Origin: Alphaproteobacteria bacterium
GTDB taxonomy: Bacteria; Pseudomonadota; Alphaproteobacteria; JAAXGF01
Direction of reading: 5' to 3'
Assembly: GCA_963555825.3 (NCBI GenBank)
Contig: CAUVXB020000001.1
Span: 1,184,001-1,248,000 of the forward strand
Length of the DNA: 64,000 bases
Below the pieces are notes generated by a model. That model was not told where the DNA came from and did not search any database. It saw only the letters and a list, made by a program, of their open reading frames with translations. Numbering within the stretch: position 1 is the first letter of the stretch; each line of letters starts with the position of its first letter. Positions 61,373 through 64,000 of this stretch are shown here, piece after piece. The position numbers were made by a program, and so were the translations under genes.

Positions 61373-62824
61373 GGGGATGTCCCGGGCTCTGTTGAAAAGC
61401 TGAAGTAGGCGTCGTCCGCCTGGAGCCGCTAGGCTCTGGGTGCTGATTCCATCAAGGAGAACGACGCCATGACCAAGACTACACGCAACGACCGTTCCTC
61501 GGAACCATCCTGTCGGCTCTTGCCATCGATGCCGGAGGCCTTCGACGATCTGCGCATGAGCGTCGATCGCTTCTGCCTTTTGGCGGGCCTCGAGTCTTTG
61601 AACGAGATGATGTCGGCGGACGCGGAAGCCTTGTGCGGTTCGCGCCACGCCCGCTCGGGCGAGCGCAAGGGCCATCGATGGGGCACGACCCGGAGCGAGA
61701 TCGCCTACCACGGCGGCAAAGTGAAGGTCGAGCGCCCTCGGGTGCGGGACTTCGCGGGTCGGGAGATGAGCCTGCCGAGTTGGGAGCTGCTGTCGGAACC
61801 CGAACTCTTGCAAGCCTGGGCGATGAATCTGATGGTGATCAACGTCTCGACCCGCAAGTATGCCCGCGCGGTGCGCCTGCCGGACGATGCGGGCGGCGAT
61901 CTGCCGGCGGCATCGGGTGACGCAACCTCGAAGTCGGCGGTCTCGCGCCGTTTCGTGGCGTTGACGCGAAGCAAGCTGAAGGCCTGGCTGGCGAGCCCGC
62001 TCGACGATCTCGATCTCGTGGTGCTCCAGATCGACGGGCTCCATGTCGGCGATCACCTGATGGTGGCGGCGATCGGCATCGACACCGGCGGCGCGAAGCA
62101 CGTGCTGGGCCTGGCCGAGGGCGCGACGGAGAACGCAGCCACGGTGCAAGCCATGCTCGACAACCTGATCGAGCGCGGTCTCGATCCCGAACGGCCTCGG
62201 CTCTACATCGTCGACGGCGCCAAGGCGCTCTCGAAGGCGATCCGGCGGACCTTCGGGCGGGCGGCGGCCCTCCAGCGCTGCCAGGTGCACAAGGGGGCGC
62301 AACATCACGGACCGGCTGGACGAGAGCCTCCATGCCGGCGTCAGGAAGGTCTTGCGGCAGGCCTGGCAGCAGGACGACGCGGCCAAGGCCGAACGGCTCT
62401 TGCGCAACCTCGCCCGCCGTCTGGAGCATGACGCACCCGGCGTCTCGGGCTCGATCCTGGAGGGCCTGGACGATATCCTGACCGTGATCCGGCTCGGCCT
62501 CCCGCCGCAACTTCGACACTCGCTGGCTTGCACCAACGCCATCGAGAACGCGATCGGCACCGTCCGGACGGTGCAGCGGAACGTCAAGCGCTGGCGCAAC
62601 GCCGAGATGGCGCTGCGTTGGACCGCCGCCGGCCTCTTGGAGGCGCAAAAGACCTTCCGCCGCCTCAAGGCCTACCGCCAGCTCCCCGTCCTTGACGCCG
62701 CCCTGCGGGAGGCGGTGAGAAAGGCCGGAGCAAAGTCCGTCATTGAAGACATCGAGGTGGCCGCGTAGCCTCTCGATCAGACGATGCCTATCTCGCACTT
62801 TTCAACATTGGGCGGGACATCGCC
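61373..62824 (+). mobile_element. IS256 family insertion sequence (transposase 61469-62768, frameshift at G-run ~62293)
   Basis: IR GGGGATGTCCCG..TGTTGAAAAG / CTTTTCAACA..CGGGACATCGCC; LQIDG, VDGAKAL, QRCQVHK and TNAIEN motifs. Confidence 0.92.
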
Positions 62825-62908
62825 AGCTATATTCCGGCGAGTGGAAGCATCCTACATGTAGTGGGTGTCTGCATTAACCGGATAGGCACGGGTCCTACTA
62901 TCTCTGTC

Positions 62909-63472
62909 TCAGGCCGATTCGCCCTGACACTCATGCGGCACATCGCCGTCGATCCGGCCAGCAGCCCGAAGTTCCTCTATGAAGCCGAAACTCTCCCGGT
63001 CCTCGATGCGGTCGAGATAGAGGATGCCGTCGAGGTGATCGCATTCGTGTTGGACGACGCGCGCATGAAACCCCTGCGCCTCTCGATCGATCTCCTTGCC
63101 GTCCGCATCCAGTCCACGATAGCGGATACGCGTATAGCGGGGAACCAGGCCGCGCATGCCGGGCACGCTCAGGCACCCCTCCCAATCCGAATTCATTTCT
63201 TCCCCGGCGGGCGAGATTCCCGGGTTGATCAGGATCGTCAGCGGAACAGGCGGGGCATCGGGATAGCGGGGGTTCTTGTCGACCCCGAAGATCACGACGC
63301 GAAGTGCCACACCGATCTGAGGCGCGGCCAAACCTGCCCCGTCGAAGGCCTTCATGGTGTCCAGCATATCGTTGATCAGGTTAGCGAGCTTGTCGTCACC
63401 AAACCAGTCTACGACACTCGCCTTCAGTCTTAGTCGCGGATCGCCCATCCGCAGGACTTCACGTACCGACAT
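62909..63472 (-). CDS. def: Peptide deformylase
   Basis: GAGLAAPQIG, EGCLS and QHECDHLDG motifs. Confidence 0.95.
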   Translation of the reverse strand: MSVREVLRMGDPRLRLKASVVDWFGDDKLANLINDMLDTMKAFDGAGLAAPQIGVALRVVIFGVDKNPRYPDAPPVPLTILINPGISPAGEEMNSDWEGCLSVPGMRGLVPRYTRIRYRGLDADGKEIDREAQGFHARVVQHECDHLDGILYLDRIEDRESFGFIEELRAAGRIDGDVPHECQGESA

Positions 63473-63563
63473 TCAGTTTTCTCCTACTCACTCCGAGAGC
63501 CCATCCTCGCTACGATCCTCGCTTCCAGACACGCCCGCCACTGTCAACGGCCGCGGGAATATG

Positions 63564-64000
63564 GGGGATGTCCCGGGCTCTGTTGAAAAGCTGAAGTAGG
63601 CGTCGTCCGCCTGGAGCCGCTAGGCTCTGGGTGCTGATTCCATCAAGGAGAACGACGCCATGACCAAGACTACACGCAACGACCGTTCCTCGGAACCATC
63701 CTGTCGGCTCTTGCCATCGATGCCGGAGGCCTTCGACGATCTGCGCATGAGCGTCGATCGCTTCTGCCTTTTGGCGGGCCTCGAGTCTTTGAACGAGATG
63801 ATGTCGGCGGACGCGGAAGCCTTGTGCGGTTCGCGCCACGCCCGCTCGGGCGAGCGCAAGGGCCATCGATGGGGCACGACCCGGAGCGAGATCGCCTACC
63901 ACGGCGGCAAAGTGAAGGTCGAGCGCCCTCGGGTGCGGGACTTCGCGGGTCGGGAGATGAGCCTGCCGAGTTGGGAGCTGCTGTCGGAACCCGAACTCTT
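63564..64000 (+). mobile_element. Second copy of the same IS256 (runs off the window)
   Basis: Sequence appears identical to 61373-61809, same orientation. Confidence 0.93.

Noticed and set aside
62285-62300. Programmed frameshift in the IS256 transposase
   Set aside because: IS256 transposases are single ORFs; an extra G in a homopolymer is more likely a mutation or sequencing error
60821-62668. 615-aa ORF as a novel fusion protein
   Set aside because: Antisense IS256 sequence read in frame into the truncated TauD gene
1-64000. CRISPR array, rRNA or prophage
   Set aside because: No regularly spaced repeats, cas genes, rRNA-like sequence or phage structural genes recognised

Overview
High-GC alphaproteobacterial chromosome segment (Rhodospirillales-like; taxonomy inferred from the valS-popZ-tolC-pcm-tRNA-Cys synteny). 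The backbone carries transport and catabolic genes: a TRAP transporter, two peptide/opine-type ABC operons, ilvD, an MlrC-like peptidase, an HpaB/HpaC-type monooxygenase, a D-cysteine desulfhydrase-like enzyme and a CocE/NonD hydrolase. Three accessory zones interrupt it. (1) An IS cluster at 31.0-37.1 kb (IS1380, IS256 with a nested IS1182, an IS21 remnant and a duplicated gene fragment). (2) A ~7 kb island at 41.1-48.2 kb, bounded by a 150-bp direct repeat of the hpaC 3' end. Removing its four inserted elements at their target-site duplications leaves a low-GC two-gene operon: a C-terminal winged-helix protein plus a 172-aa protein with nucleoside 2-deoxyribosyltransferase (NDT)/retron-effector-like motifs, and no reverse transcriptase. 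This is the best candidate for an undescribed defence or toxin-antitoxin module. (3) An IS256-def-IS256 arrangement next to a truncated TauD-family gene at the right end. Several structured intergenic repeats (RIME/MITE/REP-like) are also present. Many frameshifts in the accessory zones may be long-read consensus errors. Product calls come from motif recognition by eye; no database searches were run.
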